DNA from: a virus
Taxonomy: Duplodnaviria; Caudoviricetes
Direction: 5' to 3' (one strand)
DNA: 49,613 nucleotides
Virus record (IMG/VR): IMGVR_UViG_3300022307_000003
Span: 1 to 49,613 of that record
Shown here: positions 1 through 9,791 of the stretch, one piece after another
How the letters are laid out: each line of letters opens with the position of its first letter
Position numbering within the stretch: position 1 is the stretch's first letter
Notes under the pieces: model-generated
Seen by the model: the letters and a program-made list of their open reading frames with translations, nothing else
What the model was told of the DNA's origin: nothing
Databases searched by the model: none
Program-made: the position numbers and the translations under genes

Positions 1-120
1 GTTTTGATTGCGGACCGCGGGCAAAGTAGACATTTTGATTCCTGGTTTGTTGTTAAGTTGCGGCACGGCTGTACCCCATCATTCACGCACATAATCGGGG
101 GCCAAACACGAAGGCGCCTA

Positions 121-759
121 GTGGCCAAGAGTCAAAATCTAGTCAGTAAAGCAGAGGTTGCGCGGCGCAGGGGAACATCTCGCGCGGCGGTCACCTTGGC
201 TTGCAAGGGCGCATTGGGCGAAGCGCTCGACGGCGACAGGATCGACCTAAATCACCCCGCGGCCCAAGCCTATTTGGCAAAACCAAAGTCTGGCCCCAAA
301 CCTTCGCCGGGCCGACCGCCTGCATCGTCCAGCCCCGCGGTAGACGACGCGGGCGACGGCAGCGACCTTCTTGAAATGGACGGCATTGACGGGTTCGAGG
401 CCGTCAAGCACTTGACACTTCTGGAGATTCGCGAGCGCTTCGGGACCGAGCGCCGCTTCAAAGATTTCCTGGATGCCTGCAAAAAGTTGGAGGACATCCG
501 ACGCGTTGAACTAGAGAACGCAAAACTTGAGGGTACCCTTGTTTCCCGCGAGCTGGTGCGGGCGCACGTATTCGGCGCGCTTGAAGCAGGCAACTTGCGG
601 CTGCTGCAAGACTTTCCCAAGGCGGTAGCACGACGCCTGTACACGGCGGCCCGCGCCGATGCTCCCATCGAAGAGGCTGAGCGCGTGGTGCGTAACCTAA
701 TCGAAGGGCAGCTGAACCCCATCAAGGTGCAAGCCGCGAAGGGGCTGCGCAATGCTTAG
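121..759 (+). CDS. Terminase small subunit (Nu1-like, N-terminal HTH)
   Basis: GTG at 121 is preferred over the track start at 4. N-terminal HTH-like VSKAEVARRRGTSRAAV; C-terminal ELENAKLEGTLVSRE is typical of Nu1-like TerS; overlaps the TerL start. Confidence 0.8.
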   Translation: MAKSQNLVSKAEVARRRGTSRAAVTLACKGALGEALDGDRIDLNHPAAQAYLAKPKSGPKPSPGRPPASSSPAVDDAGDGSDLLEMDGIDGFEAVKHLTLLEIRERFGTERRFKDFLDACKKLEDIRRVELENAKLEGTLVSRELVRAHVFGALEAGNLRLLQDFPKAVARRLYTAARADAPIEEAERVVRNLIEGQLNPIKVQAAKGLRNA

Positions 760-2728
760 TTCGGAGTTCGATTCCGACCAGCGAGCTTGGTTGGCCGAAC
801 AGTTTGGCGCCCTAACGGACACGATGAATATCATCAGTCCAAGTCAATGGGCCGAAAGCAGGCGGTATCTAGCATCAACGGCGAGCCCAATACCGGGCCT
901 GTACAACTATGAGGTGACCCCGTTTCTTCGCGAGATAGTTGATTGTCTCGCAGTGGACTCGCCTATCCGCGAAGTGGCTTTGATGAAGGGCGCGCAGATT
1001 GGTGCCACTACAGGCATCATCGAGAACGGCGTAGGATACAATATCGAGCACGTAAAGACGGCATCGATGATGCTGGTCACTGCTGACGCTGACCTGGCAA
1101 AGCTCAGGCTTGAATCCAACATCATACCGATGCTCCACAGCTCGGACATGATGCACCTGATTGCTAGCGCAGACGAAGGCAACAACCGCAAGGCCGGACG
1201 CACAGAGAAGAAGCTCGAATGGATCGGCGGCGGATTCATCTTGCCAATAGGGGCGCAGAACCCAAACAAGTTTCGCCAGACATCTGTACATGTGCTACTT
1301 GGCGACGAAGTTGACGGCTGGCCAGACGTGGTTGGCAAGGACGGCGACCCAGTCAAGGTAGTCCGTGACAGAACCAATGCGTTTCTCACATCAAGGAAAA
1401 TCTTTTGGGGGTCTACTCCTCTACTGAAGGGTACCTCGAAAATAGAGCGCTTGTATCTCAAGGGTGACCAGCGCAAATACCATATATCCTGTCTACGATG
1501 TTCGGCCGCACAAGTTCTGAAGTGGCGTAGAACAAATAATGAAACCGGCGAAGTGACAGGTTTCATATGGGATGTTGACGACGGGCGTCTTGTTCCTGGG
1601 TCTACAAGATACCTGTGCAAGGAGTGCGGACACGAACATTACGAGTCCGACAAGACCCGCCTGTTCAAATCTGACAACGCGGAATGGGTACCCACCGCAG
1701 TGTCTGTATCGCGCGACTTACGTAGCTACCATCTACCGGCGCTATACTCACCTGTGGGGATGCAGTCGTGGGATGAATGCGCACTCAAGTGGCGTGAGGC
1801 TTGGGACGATTCAGCAAATAAGCCGCGCGACGTTGCGGTTATGCAGGTCGTGTACAACAACATCTTTGGCGAGACGTTCAAGCCATACGGCGAGGCCATC
1901 TTGATGAAGGCAGTCTCCTCGCACCGCCGTCACGAGTACCGCTTCGGGGAGATACCCAACAAGTTCGCAGACAAGTTCTGCGGCGGCCCGATCGCGCTTC
2001 TTACATGCGCGGTCGATGTGCACAAAGATAACTTGAAGGTCGCGGTATTTGGGTGGACGCGTGATCGCAGGGCGTTCCTGATCGACTACCACACGTTGGA
2101 AGGAAGCACGCAGGACCTCGAAAGTCCGGAGACGTGGGGCAAGCTACGCGAGATTATAGAGGGTGCTGAGTACACCGCTGACGACGGTAAGAAGTACCGC
2201 GTAGTCTTGACGCTGCCCGACTCGGGATATCTAACAGATCACGTCTACCAGTTTTGCGCCGAGTATCAATCTGGCGTATTCGCCATCAAGGGCATGCCAC
2301 AGTCGCAGAAGAGTGCCCGAATTCCTCAGTTCAACGACTTCAAGACCAAAGCCGGTAACACAGTATTTGGAATTACCGTTGACCTGTACAAGGATCGATG
2401 GGGGGCCGCGCTTCGTCGCAGCTGGGATGGCGTAAGCGTTCAACCGTACGGTCATTTCAACGCACCGTCTGACATTACCAAGAAGCAGCTGGCTGAACTC
2501 ACAGCAGAGACTAAGGTCGAGAAAATCGAATCGTCCTCCAAGCGCGTTATTGGCTGGGAATGGTACCGCCCATCAGGCGCAGCTAATGAGCTGTGGGATT
2601 TGCTGGTCTACAACAGTGCCGCGGTAGACATGCTTGCTTGGGACTTTAGCAAGCAGCGCGACGAAGAGACCACGAACTGGCCAGCGTTCTGGGACGCCTG
2701 CGAAAACGGCCTATACTTCAGTGAGTAA
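752..2728 (+). CDS. Terminase large subunit, lambda GpA family
   Basis: Walker A MKGAQIGAT, Walker B LLGDEVD, GSTP motif, CxxC...CxxC zinc site, nuclease AVDVH and NELWDLLVY motifs. Confidence 0.95.
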   Translation: MLSSEFDSDQRAWLAEQFGALTDTMNIISPSQWAESRRYLASTASPIPGLYNYEVTPFLREIVDCLAVDSPIREVALMKGAQIGATTGIIENGVGYNIEHVKTASMMLVTADADLAKLRLESNIIPMLHSSDMMHLIASADEGNNRKAGRTEKKLEWIGGGFILPIGAQNPNKFRQTSVHVLLGDEVDGWPDVVGKDGDPVKVVRDRTNAFLTSRKIFWGSTPLLKGTSKIERLYLKGDQRKYHISCLRCSAAQVLKWRRTNNETGEVTGFIWDVDDGRLVPGSTRYLCKECGHEHYESDKTRLFKSDNAEWVPTAVSVSRDLRSYHLPALYSPVGMQSWDECALKWREAWDDSANKPRDVAVMQVVYNNIFGETFKPYGEAILMKAVSSHRRHEYRFGEIPNKFADKFCGGPIALLTCAVDVHKDNLKVAVFGWTRDRRAFLIDYHTLEGSTQDLESPETWGKLREIIEGAEYTADDGKKYRVVLTLPDSGYLTDHVYQFCAEYQSGVFAIKGMPQSQKSARIPQFNDFKTKAGNTVFGITVDLYKDRWGAALRRSWDGVSVQPYGHFNAPSDITKKQLAELTAETKVEKIESSSKRVIGWEWYRPSGAANELWDLLVYNSAAVDMLAWDFSKQRDEETTNWPAFWDACENGLYFSE

Positions 2729-2733
2729 CGTCT

Positions 2734-2994
2734 ATGCCTACTGCCGCAGAAATCACATGGATTCAGTCGCGCATCACGGCACTAGAGACGGCCATCGTTG
2801 CATATGAAACCGCGATGATTGCGCTTGCGTCGGGAGCGCAAAGCTATTCACTGGACACCGGGCAAACTCGGCAGTCGGTAACTAAGACAGACGTGGGATC
2901 GATGAGACTTGCCATGAAAGCAGCTGTAAGCATGCGCGAAGCGTACCAAGCTCAGCTCGGCGGGTCGTCCTTCATTGGGATACCTGGGTACTGA
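2734..2994 (+). CDS. Head-tail joining protein, gpW-like
   Basis: 86 aa between TerL and portal; GAQSYSLDTGQTRQSVT matches the gpW-like pattern. Confidence 0.75.
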   Translation: MPTAAEITWIQSRITALETAIVAYETAMIALASGAQSYSLDTGQTRQSVTKTDVGSMRLAMKAAVSMREAYQAQLGGSSFIGIPGY

Positions 2995-4631
2995 TGGGCT
3001 GGTTGCAATCAATATTCGGCAAGGCACCTGCGTTGCCAGGACCAGGGCCGTCGCATGACGGCATACCCACGTTCACAATTGAAGACATGCAAGCATCTTC
3101 TGGAGGGCGACTGCGCTTCCATGATGGGGAGAAGTTCCCAGGGGGACTTGGTCCGGTTGATGTGCTGGTTACTGACTACTGGGCGTTGCGTGCGCGGTCG
3201 GCAGCTCTGTTCAAGAGCAACGTATACGCGCGTGGGCTTATCCGCAGGCTGGTAGACAACGAAATCAATACAGGGCTACACCTAGAGGCTATCCCGGAAG
3301 AGGGGCTACTCGGTTACGAGGAAGACGGACTGGCCGACTGGACAGAGACCACGGAGAGCTTGTTCGGCCTGTGGGCTAATGGCCCAAGTCTTTGCGACGA
3401 TACAGAGCAAAGTACGTTCGGGGCGCTACAGGCATCGGCACGCCGCGAAGCTCTAGTTGCTGGCGACGTGCTAACCGTACTTGTCCAGGACCCCATCACA
3501 AAGCTTCCTCGGGTGCGCTTGATCAATGGCGCCGCTGTGCGCACGCCGATGAACGCTCCATCGGACAAGAACATCCAACATGGAGTCGAACTAGACGACG
3601 CTGGCCGCCACGTCGCGTATTGGATTGCCAAGAGCGCCAGCGGACTATTAGGGCTGGAATCGGAGCGACTGCCTGCCTACGGGCCGAAGACCGGGCGCCG
3701 CATGGCATGGCTAGTGTACGGCAGCGACAAGCGTCTTGGCGAAGTGCGCGGCGAGCCGCTTCTGTCGCTTGTTCTGCAGTCGCTCAAGGAGATCGACCGC
3801 TACCGCGAAAGCGTCCAGCGCAAGGCAGTACTAACCAGCCACGTGGCGCTGTTTGTGACCAAGTCGGAGGACGGCCCGTCAACTCGACCGCTGACGGGCG
3901 GCGGCGCGGTGCGAGTAGGCACAGATAAGGCTGTCGACACGACGGGCGTTGAGCGCACCTACAACGTTACGGAGAGCATCCCTGGGTATTGCGTTGATAC
4001 ATTGGCCACGGGCGAGACGATAAACGCTTTCCCGTCCACAGGAACAGACGAAAAGTTTGGCGACTTCGAGGCGGCCATCGTGTCGGCCATCGCGTGGGGC
4101 AACGGCGTTCCCCCGGAGATTCTCACGCTCTCATTCAACAAGAGCTATTCCGCAAGCCAGGCGGGCATCAACGAGTTCAAGCAGGTAGTTGACTGCATCC
4201 GCATGATGTTTGGGCAAAGCTTTTGCGACCCTATTTACCGTGAATGGCTGCTTTCTCAAGCCCTGTCGCGTCGCCTGGAAATGCCAGGATTTGTCGACGC
4301 ATGGCGCGACAAGTCGAAGTACGAAACCTATTGGGCGTGGGCTACGGCCGACTGGTCTGGCCACGTCAAGCCTGCAGTGGATGTTGCGAAGAACGCTCGC
4401 GGGATGGGCATGCTTATCGAGATGGGCCTCATCACCCGCGACCGCGCTGCTCGGCAGCTCACGGGGATGAAGTTTTCCAAGGTTGCTAAACAACTACGAC
4501 GCGAGAACAAGCAACTGCGGGAAGCGAACGCAGAGCTTGAACCAGAGGAGCCAGCGGTCACGCCGGGGCAGCCATCCACGCCAAAGAGCGTGCTCGCCAA
4601 GACGGCGCGCGGCCCGTTGACCGCTGTCTAG
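2994..4631 (+). CDS. Portal protein, lambda family
   Basis: LRARSAALFKSN, GVELD..GRHVAYW, RGEPLL and SYSASQA motifs; position in the head module. Confidence 0.93.
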   Translation: MGWLQSIFGKAPALPGPGPSHDGIPTFTIEDMQASSGGRLRFHDGEKFPGGLGPVDVLVTDYWALRARSAALFKSNVYARGLIRRLVDNEINTGLHLEAIPEEGLLGYEEDGLADWTETTESLFGLWANGPSLCDDTEQSTFGALQASARREALVAGDVLTVLVQDPITKLPRVRLINGAAVRTPMNAPSDKNIQHGVELDDAGRHVAYWIAKSASGLLGLESERLPAYGPKTGRRMAWLVYGSDKRLGEVRGEPLLSLVLQSLKEIDRYRESVQRKAVLTSHVALFVTKSEDGPSTRPLTGGGAVRVGTDKAVDTTGVERTYNVTESIPGYCVDTLATGETINAFPSTGTDEKFGDFEAAIVSAIAWGNGVPPEILTLSFNKSYSASQAGINEFKQVVDCIRMMFGQSFCDPIYREWLLSQALSRRLEMPGFVDAWRDKSKYETYWAWATADWSGHVKPAVDVAKNARGMGMLIEMGLITRDRAARQLTGMKFSKVAKQLRRENKQLREANAELEPEEPAVTPGQPSTPKSVLAKTARGPLTAV

Positions 4632-4646
4632 CACGAAGGATTCACC

Positions 4647-6002
4647 ATGTGGTTACTGAAGCAAGACGTCGCTGCGGAGTTGATGCAGGCTCGTAGGGTA
4701 GCGTTTTCTCCACCACCCGACGCGCTCGCAGCGTTCACCGCGATGTCAAATCGATCAGCGTCGGCGGCGATGCCCGATATCATGAGGGTGGCAGGCGGCA
4801 CCGCAGAGATACGCGTCGAGGGAGTTCTCACCCCAGGCCCCAGCTTTATCGCGTGGCTGTTCGGCGGCGGCAACACAAGTTACGACGACATCAGAGAAGC
4901 CCTCGCGGTAGCGAGCGCAGACCCGTCGATCAAACGGGCCGCGTTTTACATCGACAGCCCCGGTGGGCGCGTCGACGGCTTGTTTGAAACGCTCGAAGCC
5001 ATCAAGTCATTCTCGAAGCCGGTGACCGTTCGCGCAGCCTGCGCATGCTCCGCAGCGTACGCAATCGCAGCGGCGGCTGGAAAAATTGAAGCGGTTGGCC
5101 CCGCATCCGAGTTCGGCAGCATAGGCGTCGCGGTGACACTGATGCAAGACGACTCGCTGATTGACATCACATCGACAGAGGCCCCGGACAAGCGTCCTGA
5201 CATCAGCACTCCAGAGGGGCAAGCGGTCGTACGGCGTCATCTCGACGCCATCCATGAGCTGTTTGTAGAGGCCATCGCAGACGGGCGCGGCGTCAAGCCC
5301 AAGGATGTCAACGCCGACTACGGCCGTGGTGGCGTGATGCTTGCCCGCGAAGCCAAGCGGGCGGGGCTTATCGACAAGCTTCCTGCGCAATCGAAGCCAC
5401 GGGGGCGAGCGTCTACCGACGCTGACATGGGTGACGACGTTTCCGCCCATTCAGCCATCATCACCCAATCAGATACATCGGCTGCGTCATCCGTAGAGGG
5501 AGCGCAGCCCACTGGGCCCAGCAATGGGCCTGTCGTTACCAGCGGCATGCCGTCGCTGACACCAACATCAATGAACGCTCCGCATACGGCGGCTGCTAAC
5601 CAAAGGAAAGTCATGAATCAAGAAGAACTACGGGCACAACACCCCGAGCTTTTCGCCGCCGTATTCAACGCGGGCAAGGCGGAAGGCATGGCAAGCGGCG
5701 CAACGGAAGCGTTGGCAAAAGAGCAGGACCGCGTGAAAGCGCACCTTGTGATGGGTGAACAATCTGGCGACATGAAGCTGGCACTGAGCGCAATCCGCGA
5801 AGGCGCACCCATGACGCAAGAGCTTACGGCGAAGTACATGACGGCCGGAATGGCGCGAGCTGACCAGTCGGCGCGACAGGCTGAAACCAAGGACGCTGCG
5901 GCTGTGGTGGCTGGCGCTGAGACGGTGGAGCCAGATGCCAAGGATGAAGTTGACCAGGTGGCGGACGCCTTGGACGCGATGCACGGAAAGTCGGTGAAGT
6001 AA
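4647..6002 (+). CDS. S49-family prohead protease with C-terminal scaffold (gpC/Nu3-like)
   Basis: IDSPGG, CSAAYAIA and GSIGV S49 motifs, then a low-complexity linker and a helical C-terminal domain. Confidence 0.92.
   Translation: MWLLKQDVAAELMQARRVAFSPPPDALAAFTAMSNRSASAAMPDIMRVAGGTAEIRVEGVLTPGPSFIAWLFGGGNTSYDDIREALAVASADPSIKRAAFYIDSPGGRVDGLFETLEAIKSFSKPVTVRAACACSAAYAIAAAAGKIEAVGPASEFGSIGVAVTLMQDDSLIDITSTEAPDKRPDISTPEGQAVVRRHLDAIHELFVEAIADGRGVKPKDVNADYGRGGVMLAREAKRAGLIDKLPAQSKPRGRASTDADMGDDVSAHSAIITQSDTSAASSVEGAQPTGPSNGPVVTSGMPSLTPTSMNAPHTAAANQRKVMNQEELRAQHPELFAAVFNAGKAEGMASGATEALAKEQDRVKAHLVMGEQSGDMKLALSAIREGAPMTQELTAKYMTAGMARADQSARQAETKDAAAVVAGAETVEPDAKDEVDQVADALDAMHGKSVK
5613..6002 (+). 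CDS. Putative internally initiated scaffolding protein
   Basis: In-frame ATG at 5613 (MNQEELRAQHPEL) preceded by AAGGAAAG; analogous to lambda Nu3 inside gene C. Confidence 0.6.
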   Translation: MNQEELRAQHPELFAAVFNAGKAEGMASGATEALAKEQDRVKAHLVMGEQSGDMKLALSAIREGAPMTQELTAKYMTAGMARADQSARQAETKDAAAVVAGAETVEPDAKDEVDQVADALDAMHGKSVK

Positions 6003-6003
6003 C

Positions 6004-6708
6004 ATGGCCACTTCTACGATTACAAACATCGACAATGGATCCGCGCTTATTGGAGACGGCAGGTTCCGTGACGAGCTATTGGTATTCGCCGGGGCTGACA
6101 CCTTTGTGGACGGAACCATCCTTGCTCGACGCGCTGTAGCGACTGCGGTTACGGCCTCCGCTGTCGCTGGCACAGGCGATGGTACTGTGACCGCGGCCAC
6201 GGTGGTTGCGGGCCCAGTGGTGCCGCTGGTGGGTGCATACGTGCTCAACTGCATCACCGCTGTTACTAACGGTGGTGTGTGGGAGCTAGTTGACCCTAAC
6301 GGCGCGCTGGTGGCTAGCAACCTCATCATGACTGTTGGCGCTGCGGCAGCGACCGTATTTGAGGCTGGCGGTTTGCAGTTTACTATTACGGACGGGTCCG
6401 CAGACTTTGCGGTTGATGACACTGCGACTTTGACGGTTGCGGCGGATGGGAAGCTGGTTCCCTATGCTATTGCTGGCGCAGGCGGCGCGCAGCGTCCAAT
6501 GGCAATGCTCACCTACGACGTGACTAGGACTGGCGCGGGCAACGAGCCAGTGAACGCGCTTGTGTCCGGAACCGTGAACGCCACTCGGCTAGTTGTTGAT
6601 GCTGACGGTGACGCCAGCAACATCACGGCAGCCATCCTCGATGAACTGCGAAGCGCAGGCATCGTGGCCACTAACGTTACTCAGCTAGCCAACCTCGACA
6701 ATCAGTAG
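6004..6708 (+). CDS. Head decoration protein with inserted beta-rich domain
   Basis: Lies between protease and capsid; DGTILAR...GKLVPY...ALVSGTVNATRLV decoration-protein core; ~100-aa insert. Confidence 0.8.
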   Translation: MATSTITNIDNGSALIGDGRFRDELLVFAGADTFVDGTILARRAVATAVTASAVAGTGDGTVTAATVVAGPVVPLVGAYVLNCITAVTNGGVWELVDPNGALVASNLIMTVGAAAATVFEAGGLQFTITDGSADFAVDDTATLTVAADGKLVPYAIAGAGGAQRPMAMLTYDVTRTGAGNEPVNALVSGTVNATRLVVDADGDASNITAAILDELRSAGIVATNVTQLANLDNQ

Positions 6709-6718
6709 CAGCAAGGCC

Positions 6719-6837
6719 GGGCCCAGCGACCGCTGTATCCATTGGGCGGCGCTGGGCTCAGCGACATAGGGCGCAAGCCCAAAGACCAACGAGGGTCGCC
6801 ACGTACCTGAGCGCACTTATGCGCCGTTTCGGGTGCG
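6719..6837 (+). other. Structured intergenic leader upstream of the capsid gene (three stem-loops)
   Basis: Stems 6719-6733/6746-6759; GCGAC 6761-6765/GTCGC 6795-6799 enclosing GGGC-GCAA-GCCC; 6802-6810/6829-6837 with G-U pairs. Confidence 0.45.
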
Positions 6838-6874
6838 CACGGGTGCGTCCTCATCAACATCAAGGAATCGAACA

Positions 6875-7954
6875 ATGAGTGACAACGGCACCCGGCGCAT
6901 GATTGAGCGGTACACGGATGACGCGCCAGCATCCCTATACTTGGCAAGCAAGTTCCGCACACCTCCTGAAAATTTCCACGACTCGGAATTTGTAGAAATC
7001 GACATCGAGCGCGACAGTGAAGATGTCGCCGTCGTGGTGAAAGACCTATCGGTAGAGGGGCGCGGCAACGAAAGCTCTATCTACACTAACAAGGAGTGGA
7101 CGCCTCCCATTTACAAAGAGAAGGCGACTGTCAACGCGTTCAAGCTGCTCAAGCGCATGCCAGGTAGCACCGCGTACGACTCGCCAGTATACAAGGCGAA
7201 CGCGCTAAACGCCGTAATGGGCGAGGTCCGCAAGATTGAGAAGAAAATTCAGCGGGCCATCGAACTGCAGGCATCCCAGACATTGCAGACCGGGACGCTC
7301 ACGCTCAAGAACTCTGACGGCGTCAACATGTATTCGCTAGACTTCCAGCCGAAGTCTAGCCATATCGTCACAGTCGGCAACGATTGGGGCGGTGGGTCTG
7401 AGACGCCGCTCGCTGACATCGAAGCCCTATCCGTAGTTGTCAAGCGCGACGGGAAGCAGCGGCCTAACGAGCTGACCTTTGGGCGGCTCGCATGGCAGGA
7501 CTTCCTTGCAGACAGCGATGTGCAGACGCGTCTCAACTTCCGGCGCGCGGACCTGGCGGTTGTTTCCCCAAGCCGCAGCGAGAGGAACGCCATGTTTCAG
7601 GGGCGCATCACTGTCGGCAACTACGAGTTCGAGATGTTCACGTATGATGCAACGTACGACGACGTTGAGACGGGCACCAGCACGCCGTACGTAACCGACG
7701 ACCTTGTCATCATGACATCAAGCGAGTCTCGGTTTGATCTCACCTACGGTGGCATTCCTTTGATTGGCGACCCCGACCCGATGGCGATGCAGTTCGTTCC
7801 TCGGAGAATTTCCAACGGCGGCAACGGTATCGATTTGTTCGTGAATGCTTGGACCGCCAAGGATCGGTCCTCGATCACTGTCGAGGTGTCGGCTCGCCCA
7901 CTCACTATCCCAACCGCAATTGACACCATTGGTGTCCTGAACACGAGGGCCTAG
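6875..7954 (+). CDS. Major capsid protein, lambda gpE family
   Basis: ATG at 6875 after AAGGA; 359 aa; VEIDIER, IQRAIELQASQTLQTG and SARPLTIP gpE-like motifs. Confidence 0.92.
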   Translation: MSDNGTRRMIERYTDDAPASLYLASKFRTPPENFHDSEFVEIDIERDSEDVAVVVKDLSVEGRGNESSIYTNKEWTPPIYKEKATVNAFKLLKRMPGSTAYDSPVYKANALNAVMGEVRKIEKKIQRAIELQASQTLQTGTLTLKNSDGVNMYSLDFQPKSSHIVTVGNDWGGGSETPLADIEALSVVVKRDGKQRPNELTFGRLAWQDFLADSDVQTRLNFRRADLAVVSPSRSERNAMFQGRITVGNYEFEMFTYDATYDDVETGTSTPYVTDDLVIMTSSESRFDLTYGGIPLIGDPDPMAMQFVPRRISNGGNGIDLFVNAWTAKDRSSITVEVSARPLTIPTAIDTIGVLNTRA

Positions 7955-7956
7955 AA

Positions 7957-8256
7957 ATGAGTAACGACAAAGACCGCAGCGACAAAGAGTCGGAATCACA
8001 GAAGCGCGCGTCCGCTGCCAAGCATGCACGCGCTGCCGACGAGGCCGCAGCATCTGCAACTAAGAAGGCTGCTGAGGAAAAGGCTCCGCTGATATTCGCG
8101 GTCATGCCGGGCAAATCCCTGGCGACGTGCCGCGGCATCGTGGATTCCGGTAACGCCGTAACCGCGCTGGATTTCTGCAAGTTCCCTAGCCAGCGCGAAG
8201 AGGGCCAGAAGCGCCTCGATGAACTGGTGACCAAGGGATACGTGCAGAAGCGATAA
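7957..8256 (+). CDS. Hypothetical head-associated protein (paralog 1)
   Basis: Follows the capsid gene; C-terminal domain similar to that of 8341-8685. Confidence 0.7.
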   Translation: MSNDKDRSDKESESQKRASAAKHARAADEAAASATKKAAEEKAPLIFAVMPGKSLATCRGIVDSGNAVTALDFCKFPSQREEGQKRLDELVTKGYVQKR

Positions 8257-8269
8257 GCCTCGCACCCAT

Positions 8270-8310
8270 GTTGCGGCGCCCTTCCATAGTGCACTGGAGG
8301 GCGCCGCGGC
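8270..8310 (+). other. Strong intergenic hairpin without U-tract
   Basis: GTTGCGGCGCCCTTCCA-TAGTGCAC-TGGAGGGCGCCGCGGC. Confidence 0.55.
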
Positions 8311-8340
8311 CATCAACGACCGGGCCTATCGGAGACACCA

Positions 8341-8685
8341 ATGTCAAATCGCAACAAGAGCCAAAGCGCAGGAAACTATCGAGTCGACAGCGACCCCGCA
8401 AGCGATGCGTCTGATGCCCCAGAGGACGTACCGGCAGTCGCCGATGCAGGCGCGGCAACGCGTGATTCGGCCATAACAGGCCGCGCGAAGGTTGACGTGT
8501 TTCGCGTGGCCCCAGGATGCGCGCTGTTCTGCCACCGCGGCGCGCTGCCCCCTGGCGAAGTGGTCACATGGCGTGACTTTTGTCGCCATTCTGGCGAGCA
8601 GCAGGCGGGCGAGGGTAACCTCAAACAGCATCTTGAGTCTGGCAGCGTAGTCCGAGGCAAGATCAACCCACCCGTCAAGCAGTAG
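8341..8685 (+). CDS. Hypothetical head-associated protein (paralog 2)
   Basis: GGAGA RBS; C-terminal domain similar to that of 7957-8256. Confidence 0.7.
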   Translation: MSNRNKSQSAGNYRVDSDPASDASDAPEDVPAVADAGAATRDSAITGRAKVDVFRVAPGCALFCHRGALPPGEVVTWRDFCRHSGEQQAGEGNLKQHLESGSVVRGKINPPVKQ

Positions 8686-8691
8686 CCCACG

Positions 8692-9072
8692 ATGGGACTA
8701 CGCGCGCAGGCCGCAGCTGACCTATCAACGATAGTGACCGATCAAGATGGGTTTGGCTGGCCTATCACAGTGACCGACCCAGACGGCGCATCCGCGGCGC
8801 TGGTAGGGTTATCAACTGACCACTCGACGACCATAGACCCGGAAACGGGTGCGCCCATCGCTGGGCGAGAGTGCTCGGTCGCGCTGGCCATCGCGTCGCT
8901 GACGGCAGCTGGGATGGCGTTGCCAAAAGGAAGCTCCGAGCTATCTGGGATGCCTTGGCGGGTGTCGTTCGATGACACCGCGGGCAATGCGCAACTCTAC
9001 AAAGTTGTAGAGAGCGTTCCTGATCGTGCGGTGGGAATCGTTGTGCTGAAGCTTGAATTCTTTGGGGCTTGA
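8692..9072 (+). CDS. Head-tail joining/closure protein
   Basis: Position; GFGWPITVTDP...IDPETG...PDRAVGIV pattern seen in neck proteins. Confidence 0.65.
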   Translation: MGLRAQAAADLSTIVTDQDGFGWPITVTDPDGASAALVGLSTDHSTTIDPETGAPIAGRECSVALAIASLTAAGMALPKGSSELSGMPWRVSFDDTAGNAQLYKVVESVPDRAVGIVVLKLEFFGA

Positions 9073-9075
9073 TTG

Positions 9076-9753
9076 ATGGCTGCGCTGATCACCACATTGA
9101 TTGATAAGGTCGACGTTTCGGAGTCTGTTTGCGACCAAATCGCCGCAATCCTCGCACTCGAATCCCGCAATCAAGAGACCCTTGCCGCCGCTGACTCGCA
9201 GGACCCGCGCCTTTGGGCTTTGAAGGTCTTCACGGACCATGAACAGCCCTGGGAGTACTTCCAGGACCCACCCGCGACCCAGGAGGACTCGCCTATACTG
9301 GTCAACGTGGGGTGGGACCGAGAGACTTTCGATCGCGCCCGTAGCAACGTGGTCAAGTTGCAGCACGCCACGGCGGTCTACAACGTGGACGTGGTTGCGT
9401 GCGGGCTTGCTCACCCTGACAATTCAGGCGGCCACATCCCATCAGATAGGGCCGCAGCCATCGCGGCAAAGCGCGGTCTGCGGTGGGTACGCAATATCCT
9501 GATGTCCGCCCAGTACATTCACCTGGGCCTGGCTGGCGTGGTTCGCGATCGATGGCCCGTTGAGGCTTCGCAGATGCGTGTCAAGGGCGCGGCGCAGCAC
9601 ATCGCAGTGGCCCGCCTGGTGCTTGAAGTGACGTTCAGCGAGCACAGTCCGCAGATAGTGACAGACACGATTGAGACGTTGGCGATCAAGTTCATTCGCG
9701 CCTCGGACGATTCGATTTTGACTGAGCATGGCGTCTTCGAGGAAGACCCCTAG
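9076..9753 (+). CDS. Tail completion/terminator protein (putative)
   Basis: Immediately upstream of the sheath gene; size and alpha/beta pattern fit. Confidence 0.55.
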   Translation: MAALITTLIDKVDVSESVCDQIAAILALESRNQETLAAADSQDPRLWALKVFTDHEQPWEYFQDPPATQEDSPILVNVGWDRETFDRARSNVVKLQHATAVYNVDVVACGLAHPDNSGGHIPSDRAAAIAAKRGLRWVRNILMSAQYIHLGLAGVVRDRWPVEASQMRVKGAAQHIAVARLVLEVTFSEHSPQIVTDTIETLAIKFIRASDDSILTEHGVFEEDP

Positions 9754-9791
9754 CCGCTCGCCTAGATTCCACCTGAAAGGTATTCAACACG

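Noticed and set aside
6709-6874. Known riboswitch or hammerhead ribozyme
   Set aside because: No CUGANGA/GAAA core or c-di-GMP consensus recognisable; kept only as generic structure.
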